A stretch of 64,000 bases of DNA from contig CAVXWP010000003.1 in the NCBI GenBank assembly GCA_963765495.1, positions 64,001 to 128,000 on the forward strand, in the 5' to 3' direction. Made by a program: the position numbers and the translations under genes. Positions within the stretch are counted from its first letter, which is position 1, and every line of letters starts with the position of its first letter. Positions 9,326 to 20,113 of the stretch are shown in pieces. The DNA comes from Blastocatellia bacterium (GTDB lineage: Bacteria > Acidobacteriota > Blastocatellia > UBA7656). The notes beneath the pieces were generated by a model. It saw only the letters and a list, made by a program, of their open reading frames with translations. It was not told where the DNA came from and made no database searches.

Positions 9326-11278
9326 TCAAGGGTTTCTTACCAGTGGCAGCTCGATAAAGCTCTGCTGGCCTTCGGTGTGGTAAATTCGCTGTGTCGCTTT
9401 CTTATAATCCTGCGGCTTGGCCCAGAAGATATTCTGGACGAAGGTCTGCGGATTGCGGTCATAAAGCGGAAACCAGCTTGACTGAATCTGCACCATCATC
9501 CGGTGGCCGGGCAGAAATACATGATTTGCCGTCGGCAATGCGAATCTGTATAAGAGCGGCTTGTTGGATTCAATCGGCTTAGCGGTTTCAAAGCTATCGC
9601 GGTAGCGCCCGCGAAAAATGTCTGCCGATACCATCAACTGGTAACCGCCCATCTCTGGCTGCCCGGCGACCTCATCGGGATAGACATCAATTACTTTTAC
9701 AACCCAGTCGGAATCCGTTCCGCTTGTCGAGGCGATCAGATTAACGACCGGCTCGCCGCTTATCTTGACAGGCTCGGTCAATACGTCCGAAGTATAGGTC
9801 AAAACATCGGTCCGCCCGGATGCTTCACGCTGGTCATCTACGAGCCAGCGCCACCAGGTCAACTCGTCTGTATAACCCGTCGGGCGGTTGGGCCGCGCTC
9901 GAAACGGCACGGGCTTGGCCGGATCGGAAATATATTCGTCATACGCCTCGCTTCGGCCACCCTGCGCCGTCATCGTTAATTTTGATCCGGCGCTCAGATA
10001 GACCGGGGTATTCTTGATTTCGCAACCGCTTGCACACCCGGCAGGCCACGCCGGCAAGCGTCGCCATGTGTTGGTTCCGGTTTCATAAGCCGTCACCGAT
10101 GCCACGTCCATCGGCGGCGCATCATCTTTTAGAAAATGATCGAGGAATTGCCGCAGGATTTCCTTGCGAAAATAGAGGCCGGTATCGCTGCCCCACTTGA
10201 GTGCGCCCAAGCGGCTCGCGTCCTGAATCTCCTGACCGTGATGCCATGGACCCATCACCAGAAACACCTTGTCGTTGTTTGTGTCCTTGGGCTTAATCGC
10301 TTTGTATACGGCGATGGCTCCGTAGATGTCTTCCTGATCCCAGAGACTGTGTACCAGCATAACCGGCACCTTAAGCGGTTGTTTGGCGAGAATCTTATCA
10401 ACCGCCTGGTCTTGCCAGAATGCGTCATAGCTCGGATGTTCGAGCAGTTTTTTCCAGAAACCGATCTGCTCCATCCCGCGTTGACGACCGAGTTCCCCGG
10501 CCGACCCTGCGCGCATATAGGTGTCGTAGTCGTCAAACGTAGTGGTCCACCACAACGCTTCGTTTGAGCGCGTCGCCACCTGCTCGTAAATGTAAGGCAT
10601 ATTCTGCTGCCGGAACGCGCCGTTGTGAAACCAGTCGTCGCCCATCCAGCCATCGACCATCGGATTCATCGGCACCGAAACTTTTAACGCCGGGTGCGGA
10701 TTCACGAGCGCCATAAGCGGTAAAAAGCCGTCATAAGAGATGCCGAGTATGCCGACCTTGCCGTTGCTTTCCGGGAGGTTCTTTACCAGCCAGTCAATAG
10801 TGTCATAGGTGTCTGTGGCGTGATCTACGGGCGTTGGATTTTGCGGGCCGTGCAGCGGGCGATTCATGACATAATCGCCTTCGGATGCGTACTTGCCGCG
10901 TATGTCCTGAACTACGCGAATATAACCGCCCTCGACGATTACTTCGGTGGCGTTATCATACCCGGAAAGTATCGGCCCGAGATGCACGCTCTGAGCGTGA
11001 CTCGTTAGCACCGTGGCGTTATACGGCGTGCGAGTAAGCAGTATCGGAGCATTCCTTGCGCCCTTCGGCACAAGGATAACCGTATGCAGTCTGACCCCGT
11101 CGCGCATCGGGATCATTACGTCTCGCCGTTCATACTCAAAGCCGTTATAGGTCGGCTTGAAGTTGTCCGGCGTTTCGCTCGGCAACTCGGGATACTTTGG
11201 ATTCTGTGCGAAACACGGGAGCGCGCCTGTCAAAGTTGCCAGCCAGAACAGAACGATAAGAAAACGGCATTGCTTCAT
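9326..11278 (-). CDS. CocE/NonD hydrolase, alpha-amino acid ester hydrolase (glutaryl-7-ACA acylase-like)
   Basis: VMIPMRDGV, LTRTPY, GISYDG nucleophile, WDQED, GPWHH, QSSWFPLYDRNPQ. Confidence 0.9.
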   Translation of the reverse strand: MKQCRFLIVLFWLATLTGALPCFAQNPKYPELPSETPDNFKPTYNGFEYERRDVMIPMRDGVRLHTVILVPKGARNAPILLTRTPYNATVLTSHAQSVHLGPILSGYDNATEVIVEGGYIRVVQDIRGKYASEGDYVMNRPLHGPQNPTPVDHATDTYDTIDWLVKNLPESNGKVGILGISYDGFLPLMALVNPHPALKVSVPMNPMVDGWMGDDWFHNGAFRQQNMPYIYEQVATRSNEALWWTTTFDDYDTYMRAGSAGELGRQRGMEQIGFWKKLLEHPSYDAFWQDQAVDKILAKQPLKVPVMLVHSLWDQEDIYGAIAVYKAIKPKDTNNDKVFLVMGPWHHGQEIQDASRLGALKWGSDTGLYFRKEILRQFLDHFLKDDAPPMDVASVTAYETGTNTWRRLPAWPAGCASGCEIKNTPVYLSAGSKLTMTAQGGRSEAYDEYISDPAKPVPFRARPNRPTGYTDELTWWRWLVDDQREASGRTDVLTYTSDVLTEPVKISGEPVVNLIASTSGTDSDWVVKVIDVYPDEVAGQPEMGGYQLMVSADIFRGRYRDSFETAKPIESNKPLLYRFALPTANHVFLPGHRMMVQIQSSWFPLYDRNPQTFVQNIFWAKPQDYKKATQRIYHTEGQQSFIELPLVRNP

Positions 11279-11452
11279 GATTCCTCCGGTTAACCCTTTC
11301 GTCCAATCTAATAAGGGCGAATCTTTTTGAGATATTCAGTAATCCGCACGCCGCTCGCCCCGACGCTTTCCGTCCTTGACAATTATTTTGTGCCTAAATA
11401 GGCTTCCTGCGATCTTCTGCAGACCGAATTTATCCGCAACGGAGCATCTACG

Positions 11453-12721
11453 ATGAAAGACCATTCGCACGATTCTACTCTTAACCGCATCCACTTGCAC
11501 ACGTATTCTCAGGATGATGTCACACGCCGAGAATTCCTATCTGCCCTCTTACCGGGCGCGATCTTCGCAACACATGTGCTCGCCAAGGGGCAAGACGATC
11601 TTCGCGAGCGGTTCCGCCGAATGTCGGAAGAGGCCGAACGCAACGGGCTTGCCGAGCCATTCAAAGGAATCACAACCAATGGCAATGTCACATCGGGACT
11701 GTTTCCTATCCATTCCACTGGTGTTTCCACCGAGCACGTGCGCATTGCCGCAGAGAGATTTCTCAACACCCTCACGTCAGAACAACGCAGCAAAACGATG
11801 TTTGACATTGATGATCCCGAGTGGCGCAAATGGATGAACCAGCATTTCTACATACGCCAGGGCATCAGCTTCAAGGAGATGACCAATGGGCAACGCGAGG
11901 CGGCATTCGGCCTCATGCAGACATCGCTCAGCGCCAGAGGGTTTCAGCTTACGCGCAATATTATGCGTTTGAATGAAACGCTGGCTGAACTTTCGGGGGA
12001 TCATGAATTCCTCGGCGAATGGCTGTATCACATCACGGTTATGGGCAAGCCCTCGGCTACAGAGCCTTGGGGTTGGCAGTTCGACGGCCACCACGCCATC
12101 ATTAACTACTTCGTTCTCGGCGATCAAATCGTGATGACTCCGCACTTCGCGGGCTCCGAGCCGGTCGTCGCCACATCGGGCAAGTATAAGGGCACGGTCA
12201 TTCTTCAGGATGAACAGAATCAGGGGCTCGCGATGATCCGTGATCTGAACGAGATTCAACGAAAGAAGGCTGTTCTCAATTTCTCAAAGACCGGCAACAA
12301 CAACCTGACCGAGGCTTTCAAGGATAACGTGGTACTGGACTATGCAGGGGTTCGAGCCGGGGAATTGGCAGCGCGGCAACGGCGGCATCTGCTTGAACTG
12401 GTTAATCTCTACATCGGCCAGATGGATGAGGGTCACGCAAGAGTGAAGTTGGCGGAAGTCAAAGGACACCTCGACCAGACTTGGTTTGCCTGGATCGGTG
12501 GAACGGAGGCCGAGAGCGTATTCTATTACCGCATTCAAAGCCCGGTTGTGCTGATAGAATTCGATCATCAGCGGCCCGCAAACCTGGCCCGATTCGCCGC
12601 CGACCCAAAACAGCCAACGCGCCAGCATATTCACGTGGTAGTACGCACACCGAATGGAAACGACTACGGCAAGGATCTGCTGCGGCAGCACTACGAGTCA
12701 CACCCTCACAGGGCATCGTAG
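11453..12721 (+). CDS. DUF3500 domain protein with Tat-like motif
   Basis: TRREFL; PWGWQFDGHH, YYRIQSP, IEFDHQ, HIHVVVRTPNGNDYG. Confidence 0.8.
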   Translation: MKDHSHDSTLNRIHLHTYSQDDVTRREFLSALLPGAIFATHVLAKGQDDLRERFRRMSEEAERNGLAEPFKGITTNGNVTSGLFPIHSTGVSTEHVRIAAERFLNTLTSEQRSKTMFDIDDPEWRKWMNQHFYIRQGISFKEMTNGQREAAFGLMQTSLSARGFQLTRNIMRLNETLAELSGDHEFLGEWLYHITVMGKPSATEPWGWQFDGHHAIINYFVLGDQIVMTPHFAGSEPVVATSGKYKGTVILQDEQNQGLAMIRDLNEIQRKKAVLNFSKTGNNNLTEAFKDNVVLDYAGVRAGELAARQRRHLLELVNLYIGQMDEGHARVKLAEVKGHLDQTWFAWIGGTEAESVFYYRIQSPVVLIEFDHQRPANLARFAADPKQPTRQHIHVVVRTPNGNDYGKDLLRQHYESHPHRAS

Positions 12722-13610
12722 GATGCTCCCTATAGACAATTCGATGAACGTCAGTTATGAGTGCTCACTTTTGTGATAACAGCAGATTCGAGGGCTTATT
12801 CTTCCCGCCTTCCGCATCGACGGCAGCACGTGAGCGTGGCCAGACAGATCGGCTTGCACCTTCGACAGACTTATTCGCGCTTGAGCAAGAAGGGGCTTGC
12901 ACAGCAGGGACGTTATGCCTGCGCGCAGCAACTCAAGCGAGCGCGAAAAGAGACGAGAAAACTGCGGATTTACTTTGGTCGGGTGCTGAGAAATTTGGGG
13001 CGATTCACAGGACCGTTGAAGGAGAAACAAACAGAGTTGCTTTCGATCAGCCAGCGAATCTACCAACAGAAGCGACACGACAGAAAGAAGATCTACAGCC
13101 TGCATGCGCCAGAGGTCTCATGTATAGCAAAGGGGAAGGCGCACAAGAAGTATGAATTCGGCTCAAAGTTGGCAATCGTGACGACATCAAAGGAGTGTTG
13201 GGTAGTAGCAATAGATGCAGTGAGTGGAAATCCCTATGACGGGACGCTGCTAAAACCAGCGATCAAACAGATGGAGGAGTTGACGGGGAAAAGACCGAAA
13301 GAGGCATTTGTAGATAGAGGGTTTCGAGGAAGTGAGCATCCTTCGGAGGATGTGGCAGTCTGCATAAGCGGGAGAAAGAAACTGAGTCGGAGGTTGAGGA
13401 GGTTACTGAGGAGGAGAGCGGCAATAGAGCCGGTGATCGGGCACACGAAACAGGAGCACGGACTGAAGCGAAATCACTTAATTGGAGCAAAGGGAGATCG
13501 AATCAACGCGATGTTGAGCGGGTGTGCGTGGAACCTGAAGAAGCTGATGCGAGCACTCCAAGAGATATTGCCTCTAAGGGCTGCCGCATGACTTTTTCAC
13601 CTTCGACTAC
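12720..13610 (+). mobile_element. IS5-family element with 5'-deleted transposase (ORF 12761-13591)
   Basis: KIYSLHAPEVSCIAKGKAHKKYEFG, NPYDG, VDRGFRG, RRAAIEPVIGH; N-terminal part missing; IS5-like end GACTTTTTCACCTTCGACT after the stop. Confidence 0.85.
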
Positions 13611-13740
13611 CCCTGCGTAATTCCAGTTATATATTGAAAGGGTATCTCCCTCAGGTGGGATGAGTGTTTCCGATTGATGAACGTTGGTTAGAAGTATCCA
13701 GCTTTTCATTTCTGTGTCTGTCCTTTGGCTTTCACAGGTC

Positions 13741-14695
13741 TCATAATTTGGCATTCGGCTGTGATTCAGCCTGATCCTCGTTCCACGGACCGGAAGGAGG
13801 CCATACTTTCTTGAATCCCTCTGCTCTGGACGCGGCTATCGTCACCGGCATTAGAAAGTCACTTAAAGCAGTAACAATGTCTGTAAGGGTGTTCCCCTCG
13901 GACTCCAATTTAGCGCGGCTAATGAATGCCCCCACTGAGCCTGTTTGCTTTGATCCTCGTAGAATTCCCGGGTCAGGGCCAACGGCAACTCTGTCGGTAA
14001 TTGAGTTGCACGCCTGGCAAAAGTGGCTTTGATCGCTTTGCCAAGTGCTTCTCCTTGAAAGCTGAATTTTCTCGAAAGTATCCAAATGCCATAAAAGTCC
14101 TTCATCCGGCTGTTGGCAATTCCCAACATAACCATAGCTTGGAATTTTTCGGCGATCACTGCTTCACGTGGGTAGCCAATAGGTGAGGTTTAGGAAAATC
14201 GAGCAGGGTTGGATACTCCATTTCTTCGGCGGGAGGATTGATCGCATCCCCGAACCCTACATCCACCTGGACTGTAATCCGTGCTGCGGCAAGTCTTGCC
14301 TCAAAGTGGATGCGTGCTCCCTCATACTCCTGATCTTCTCGGATACGCTCGCCGCGCACGCTCTCTTTGCGAAACTCAAGACCGTCATCCTCAACCTGGG
14401 TAGTGATGATCTCACGAAATATCTCTTCAAGTCGGGAAATGTTGCTTGTGCCCCGTCCTAGCAGATCGAGATCACGTGTCGGCCGGTGCGGGTCGTCACT
14501 CCACAGAGAAAAAAGCAGCGTTCCTTTGAGTATGAACTGACTGCGGTGCGCGCTACGACTCAGCCGGTACATCGTGCGTTGAAGAGCGTAGCGCGTCAGG
14601 ACGAGTTGAAAATCTTTCTGCTTCTCTTTAGCCAGATTGAGCAGGCGCTGACGAACCGAAGATGCCAGATTGCGCAGTGGCCGACGCGAATTCAT
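13741..14695 (-). pseudogene. abiEii: AbiEii nucleotidyltransferase toxin (type IV TA), frameshifted
   Basis: SVRQRLLN, FILKG, RPTRDLDLLG, DVGFGD, AEKFQAMV..NSRMKDFY split across three frames. Confidence 0.85.
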
Positions 14696-15105
14696 GTGAG
14701 CGCCTCCAGATAGGGTCGCATCACGCGGGCCACACAGCAGATTCGGGCATACTTCCATCGCCACATCCAATCCGATCTTATTGCGGTACTTAAAGCAATC
14801 AGCTACGGTTTTCGCCGGGCCGTATATCCTCACGCGCGCGCCCTCGATCCAATGCTCTTCAATGCCCGCGCTCAGAGCTTCGCCTGAGAAGCGAACAATG
14901 CGTAGCTGGGTTTAGCCACCGGTCGGCTTGTGGGCCTTGCGATCAATTGCCAGCCAGACTTCGAAAGGCGATTGCGTAGTCAGTTCGTGAAAGCGCAGGG
15001 CGGATAGAAGACAGACCACGCCGCGCGGTACGAGCTTGGCAGCTTCGACCAGACTGTGATGCTCAGTGAACTCATAGGTCGGGAGGCGATAGATTCCGCG
15101 ACCAC
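14692..15105 (-). pseudogene. abiEi: AbiEi antitoxin, 5'-truncated and frameshifted
   Basis: [49 protein letters not shown] in different frames. Confidence 0.85.
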
Positions 15106-15526
15106 AACAAAGCCTGTAGAGAGTGGCTTTGCGCATATCGAGATAGATGCTGCTCGGCAGGTGCTATTTTTTGTGGATACAAATGGTCTTGTCTCTAAGA
15201 TTCTGCCGGTTTCGACCGGTACGGGAAAGCTTTTCACTTCCGAGGGACGGACCCGGCGCGCCTGCACCCCGTGCGGACGGTTTACCATCTATCGCAAGAT
15301 AAACGGCTGGCGGCGTAGCCCGCTGGGACTACTCTACTACCCAAATTACATCCACGGCGGAGTCGCCATACATGGCAACCCTTCTGTGCCCGCTTATCCG
15401 GCAAGCCACGGTTGCATACGCATCCCTATGTTCGCAGCCAAAGAGTTCAGCGAAATGACGCCTATCGGAACAGTTGTGATTATTCATGATGGCCCCTTTC
15501 CCTTGAACGATTCCAACAGCCCTTGA
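15105..15526 (+). pseudogene. L,D-transpeptidase (YkuD) catalytic domain lacking its N-terminus
   Basis: [24 protein letters not shown]; no signal peptide or PG-binding domain; abuts the abiEi fragment back to back. Confidence 0.75.
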
Positions 15527-15631
15527 TGACCTGACCCAGCAGCGCCCTTCCAAAGCGCGACCTTACTCAATTTGTGCGTGCTTTCACCCGGGTACTGCTC
15601 TACGCCGCAAGCAGAATCTAGAGAATAAGAT

Positions 15632-15647
15632 CGGTATATTGGTTGCT
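15632..15647 (+). promoter_or_regulatory. Putative sigma54 promoter
   Basis: CGGTAT-ATTGG-TTGCT, exact GG-N10-GC, 90 bp upstream of the DUF5335 gene. Confidence 0.5.
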
Positions 15648-15736
15648 TGATCTATGTAGGGTCAGGTTTGCAGAGATTTGTCTGATGAGGGAGAGGTCAC
15701 TTGCCTTTCCTTCCGGCTTTTAGGAGGAGACCAGTC

Positions 15737-16108
15737 ATGTCAACCGAAGAGATTGCGCGAGAGCGATGGACTACATTCTTTGATGACTTCAGCCAGCGAC
15801 ATCAAGGATGGCTTGTGACGATAGAGGTGTTGGGAGCCGATATCGGCGATCAGGTGGAGGTGCGTGGGCTTCCACTTGAAGGAATAACCGCCGAACTGAG
15901 TGACCGGGATAAAGACGAGGTAGAGATTTTCGCCGGTATGAGACCGGACTCGCACGTATCACATAAGATTGCTGCGCCAGAGCATGTTTACATAAAGCGG
16001 TCAGATGAAGGGACGGATGAGGCGCTTGAGATCGCATCCAAAAATCGAACAGTAATAATCAAATTCCGTTCGGCAGTCCCACCGGAAATGGTGGACGGGG
16101 TTGTATAA
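15737..16108 (+). CDS. DUF5335 family protein
   Basis: EIARERWTTFFDDFSQRHQGWLVTIEV..LPLEGIT; AGGAGG RBS. Confidence 0.8.
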   Translation: MSTEEIARERWTTFFDDFSQRHQGWLVTIEVLGADIGDQVEVRGLPLEGITAELSDRDKDEVEIFAGMRPDSHVSHKIAAPEHVYIKRSDEGTDEALEIASKNRTVIIKFRSAVPPEMVDGVV

Positions 16109-16385
16109 CGATGGCCGAAGCAAGAGAGCTTATCGTTTTGATGTAACGTGCCCGAGGTCTTCTAAACCTCCCTCTTTACATCGAGGTCGCCTTCGACGCA
16201 AGACGTACCGGGCAAGCCCTTTGCAGGCTCCTGATCGCGCTCGACGAAGTTACAGAATATGCGCAGACGTGGCCCGTGGCTTAATGATTGTGCCAAAATA
16301 TAGAGCATTGGCGGTCATCGCCATAGAGCAGGCTTGATAGACAAGCTCTCACAAAACTGCTCCAATACCATAAAGGAGTCTGAAC

Positions 16386-17930
16386 TTGGCAGAGGAGCTA
16401 AAGCTTGATCCATCTGAAACCCTGGCACAGCTTAGCGGGCAAGTACGACAGTCGCTCGAGCAGATCCACTGGAAGGTGCGTCACAGGGAAGTCGGCACGG
16501 TCGTACGTGTGGGCGACGGAATCGCTTACGTGAGCGGCGCGCCTTCGGTTCGATACGGCGAATTGCTCGAACGCAGTGACGGCCTGACCGGACTCGCTTT
16601 CGACCTTCAACGGCATCAAGTCGGTGTACTCTTTCTCGACCCTGCGGAACACGTTTCAGCCGGAGACGAACTGATACCTACGGGACGTACCGCGAGCGTC
16701 AAAGTAGGCGAAGCGCTCCTCGGACGTGTGATTGACGCTCTGGGGAGGCCGCTTGATGATGAGCCGCCGCCGCACGTTCAAACTGTTTGGCCTGTTGAGC
16801 GCGAAGCTCCCGGCGTTGTTGAACGCCAGCCTGTCTCCGAACCACTGCATACGGGTATCAAGGTGATTGATGCGTTATTGCCGCTCGGGCGCGGGCAACG
16901 CGAACTCATAATTGGCGATCGCGCCACAGGCAAAACAGCAATAGCGCTGGATGCGATCCTCGCGCAACGTGAAACCGGCGTGCTATGCGTGTACGCGGCG
17001 ATTGGTCAGCGCAAGACCAGCATTCTTGATGTGGTTGAAACCCTTCGTAAAAACGATGCCCTATCGTACACGGTAGTCGTTGCCGCTGATGCCGATTCGC
17101 CGCCTGGCCACCAGTACCTGTGCCCTTACACCGCCTGCACGATTGGCGAATATTTCATGTACAGGGGCCGCCACGTACTTATTGTCTATGACGACCTGAC
17201 GAAACACGCGGATGCTTACAGGCGCACCTCGCTGCTTCTGGGCCGTCCGCCGGGCCGCGAAGCCTATCCCGCCGATATTTTTTATCTACACGCGCGGCTG
17301 CTTGAGCGCGCGACCCGGCTGTGCGATAAAAATGGCGGCGGCAGCCTGACAGCCTTGCCGATTGCCACCACGCAGGCTGGCAACATCTCCGCTTATATCC
17401 CGACCAATCTGATCTCGATTACCGATGGCCAGCTATATCTCGATACACGGCTGTTCAACGAAGGCATCCGCCCGGCAGTAGAAGTTGGCCTGAGCGTCTC
17501 GCGCGTAGGCGGCAAGGCGCAGCCTGCATCGCTGCGCAAACTGGCCGGCGGTCTGCGACTTCTCTACGCGCAGCTTCGCGAACTGGAGACCTTCGCGCGA
17601 TTCGGAGCCGAGCTTGAGCCGGAGACGCGCCGCCGTCTGGAACGCGGGCGCAGACTGCGCGAAGCGCTCAAACAGCCGCGACTAAAGCCCTGGCGGCTCG
17701 CGCATGAGGCAGCGACGCTTTTGGCCATTCGCGAAGGCATGCTCGATTCGATTGCGGTTGATCAGGTGAGCGATTTTCTCGAAGCTCTCGGCCAGCATCT
17801 GGATGAACTTGAGACCGATCTCGTCGGCGCGCTCGACGAGGGTGACGAACTCAACAGTGAGCTTGAGGAAAGGTTGCGGCAGGCGGTCGCGGCGTCCGCG
17901 CGGACGTTTCAGGCGAGGAGCAAGAGATGA
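16386..17930 (+). CDS. atpA: N-type (alternate) F1Fo ATPase alpha subunit
   Basis: GDGIA, GRGQRELIIGDRATGKT, PPGREAYP, SITDGQ, SVSRVG. Confidence 0.95.
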   Translation: MAEELKLDPSETLAQLSGQVRQSLEQIHWKVRHREVGTVVRVGDGIAYVSGAPSVRYGELLERSDGLTGLAFDLQRHQVGVLFLDPAEHVSAGDELIPTGRTASVKVGEALLGRVIDALGRPLDDEPPPHVQTVWPVEREAPGVVERQPVSEPLHTGIKVIDALLPLGRGQRELIIGDRATGKTAIALDAILAQRETGVLCVYAAIGQRKTSILDVVETLRKNDALSYTVVVAADADSPPGHQYLCPYTACTIGEYFMYRGRHVLIVYDDLTKHADAYRRTSLLLGRPPGREAYPADIFYLHARLLERATRLCDKNGGGSLTALPIATTQAGNISAYIPTNLISITDGQLYLDTRLFNEGIRPAVEVGLSVSRVGGKAQPASLRKLAGGLRLLYAQLRELETFARFGAELEPETRRRLERGRRLREALKQPRLKPWRLAHEAATLLAIREGMLDSIAVDQVSDFLEALGQHLDELETDLVGALDEGDELNSELEERLRQAVAASARTFQARSKR

Positions 17931-18784
17931 CTCTCGAACAGACGAAAGAACGCATAGCAACGGTTGACGCCATTCACGATATCGTAAGCGCGATGCGCGC
18001 TATTGCTGCGGGACGCATTCAAAACGCACAGCGGGCGCTCACCAGTACGCGCCGCTATCAAGAAGTGCTTATGCACGCACTTGGGTCGCTTCCAGAGGAA
18101 GCGACTTCGCTTCCTCTGCCGCGCTCGCGCCTCGGTCAAGCTATGCTACTAGTGCTGACCTCTGAGCAGCCATTCTGCGGTGCGTTCAATCAGGAGGTGC
18201 TGACGCTGGCCGAGAAACGGTGGCGCGAAATGCGCGAAACTGGTCGGGTCTATCTCGTTGCCGTCGGGCAAAGAGGAGAGTTGCAAGTAAGGGCGCGAGG
18301 AATCATCCCCGATGAAAGTATGCCTGCCACAACTTCGTTGCAAGGGCTTCGAAATCTGGTCAGGCGGCTGGCACAACTGGTGGATGAACGCTTCGACACA
18401 GGGCGGATGATAGAGTTGCGCGTCATCTATAACCGCTATCGTTCGGTCAGCGAGCAGGTGCCGACCGAGGAGAAACTGTTGCCGTTTGACTGGTCACAGA
18501 TCGAACCGCGAAGCGCTTCGGAAAAAGAAGAGCTTTATCGCTATCTAGCGCTTCCGGAACTCGTAGCCGGGCTTATCAGCGAGTATGTCTTCATCAGCCT
18601 CTATCGCATTGCGGCTGAATCATTCGCAAGCGAGCAGGCGAGCCGCCTGGTAGCAATGGACGGGGCGACGCGCAACACGGAGAAAATGCTGAAGACACTT
18701 GCTGAACTTGAAAGCCGTCAGCGGCAGGAACAGATTACGCGGCAGGTGCTGGAACTGATCGCAGCGCGATTCGCGACCGGGTAG
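17927..18784 (+). CDS. atpG: N-ATPase gamma subunit
   Basis: IVSAMRAIAA, CGAFN, SEQASRLVAM, RQEQIT; ATGA overlap with atpA. Confidence 0.92.
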   Translation: MTLEQTKERIATVDAIHDIVSAMRAIAAGRIQNAQRALTSTRRYQEVLMHALGSLPEEATSLPLPRSRLGQAMLLVLTSEQPFCGAFNQEVLTLAEKRWREMRETGRVYLVAVGQRGELQVRARGIIPDESMPATTSLQGLRNLVRRLAQLVDERFDTGRMIELRVIYNRYRSVSEQVPTEEKLLPFDWSQIEPRSASEKEELYRYLALPELVAGLISEYVFISLYRIAAESFASEQASRLVAMDGATRNTEKMLKTLAELESRQRQEQITRQVLELIAARFATG

Positions 18785-18849
18785 CTGGCACAGCCGACAA
18801 TGAAGGTTAAGGGATGTCAGGAGCGGTTGCTTTGAAAGGGTTCTAAAGC

Positions 18850-20046
18850 ATGACTGGTCAAAATGGCCGCCGAATTTTGACGATCAATAGCGGCTCATCA
18901 AGCCTGAAAGTCGCGCTTTATGAAATGGCGCAGCGCGAAGAGCGCATTCTTTTGGCTGATGTTACTCGCATTGGCATCTCGGGCAGCCGCCTGCGAATCA
19001 CCGACGACCGGGGGGGGATCCTGTGTGATCAGCAGAGCGACCTGCCCGATCATACGGCCGCGCTTCAGGCTGTATTAGTGTGGCTTGCGCCTCATCCCAG
19101 CTATCGCTGCCTGGATGGCGTGGGGCATCGAATCGTGCATGGTGGGAGCCGTTACGCCGAACCGCAATTAATCACGCCGGAAATGATCCGGGCGCTTGAG
19201 GAACTCGTCCCGCTTGATCCCGACCATCTCTCTCAAGAAATCAGTGCCATCAAAGCGATCAGACGAATCTATCCCGGTCTTTCACAGGTAGCCTGCTTTG
19301 ACACAGCGTTTCATCGAAGGATGCCGCGAATAGCTCGAATGTATGCGCTGCCACACCACTACTACGATAAAGGCATAGAGCGCTTTGGCTTTCACGGGCT
19401 CTCCTATGAATACATCACCGAGCAGTTACACGCCCTCGACGGCGCGGTGGCCGATGGCCGCGTCATCGTCGCCCACCTCGGTAACGGCGCGAGCATGACC
19501 GCGATCAAAGGCGGCAAGAGCGTTGATACGACGATGGGGTTCACACCGGCAGAAGGGCTGGTGATGGGCACGCGCTCGGGCGACATTGGCCCGGGTGCGC
19601 TGATCTACCTGATTGAAGAACGGAAGATGACGCCGCAAGCGGTCAATAGATTAATCAATCGGCAGTCGGGGTTGCTTGGGGTTTCGGGCACGAGCGAGGA
19701 TATGAAAGACCTGCTGGAGAGAGAAGCCGCCGACCCTTACGCCGCCGAGGCGATTGAACTCTTCTGCTACCGAGCAAAGAAATACCTGGGCGCATACGCG
19801 GCCGCGCTCGGCGGACTCGACATCCTGATATTCACGGGAGGGATTGGAGAACACGCCGCCGCGATCCGCGAGCGCATTGCGGCAGGGCTCGGGTTTTTAG
19901 GGATTAAAATTGATTCAGCGCGTAATCGGGCCAGCGCGCCAGTGATCTCGGCTGACGATAGCCAGGTCAAGGTGCGTGTGCTCACGTCAGATGAGAATCT
20001 GATCATCGCCAGGCACACGGCCCGTCTTATCACGACGGCGGATTGA
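18850..20046 (+). CDS. ackA: Acetate kinase
   Basis: INSGSSSLK, GHRIVHGG, FDTAFH, GFHGLS, HLGNGAS, FTGGIGE. Confidence 0.95.
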   Translation: MTGQNGRRILTINSGSSSLKVALYEMAQREERILLADVTRIGISGSRLRITDDRGGILCDQQSDLPDHTAALQAVLVWLAPHPSYRCLDGVGHRIVHGGSRYAEPQLITPEMIRALEELVPLDPDHLSQEISAIKAIRRIYPGLSQVACFDTAFHRRMPRIARMYALPHHYYDKGIERFGFHGLSYEYITEQLHALDGAVADGRVIVAHLGNGASMTAIKGGKSVDTTMGFTPAEGLVMGTRSGDIGPGALIYLIEERKMTPQAVNRLINRQSGLLGVSGTSEDMKDLLEREAADPYAAEAIELFCYRAKKYLGAYAAALGGLDILIFTGGIGEHAAAIRERIAAGLGFLGIKIDSARNRASAPVISADDSQVKVRVLTSDENLIIARHTARLITTAD

Positions 20047-20113
20047 TTGAATTTGCCGGAGGGAAGATCAATTCAATCCGCCACAGGGTGTTATCACCGG
20101 GAAGGAGATTTTC

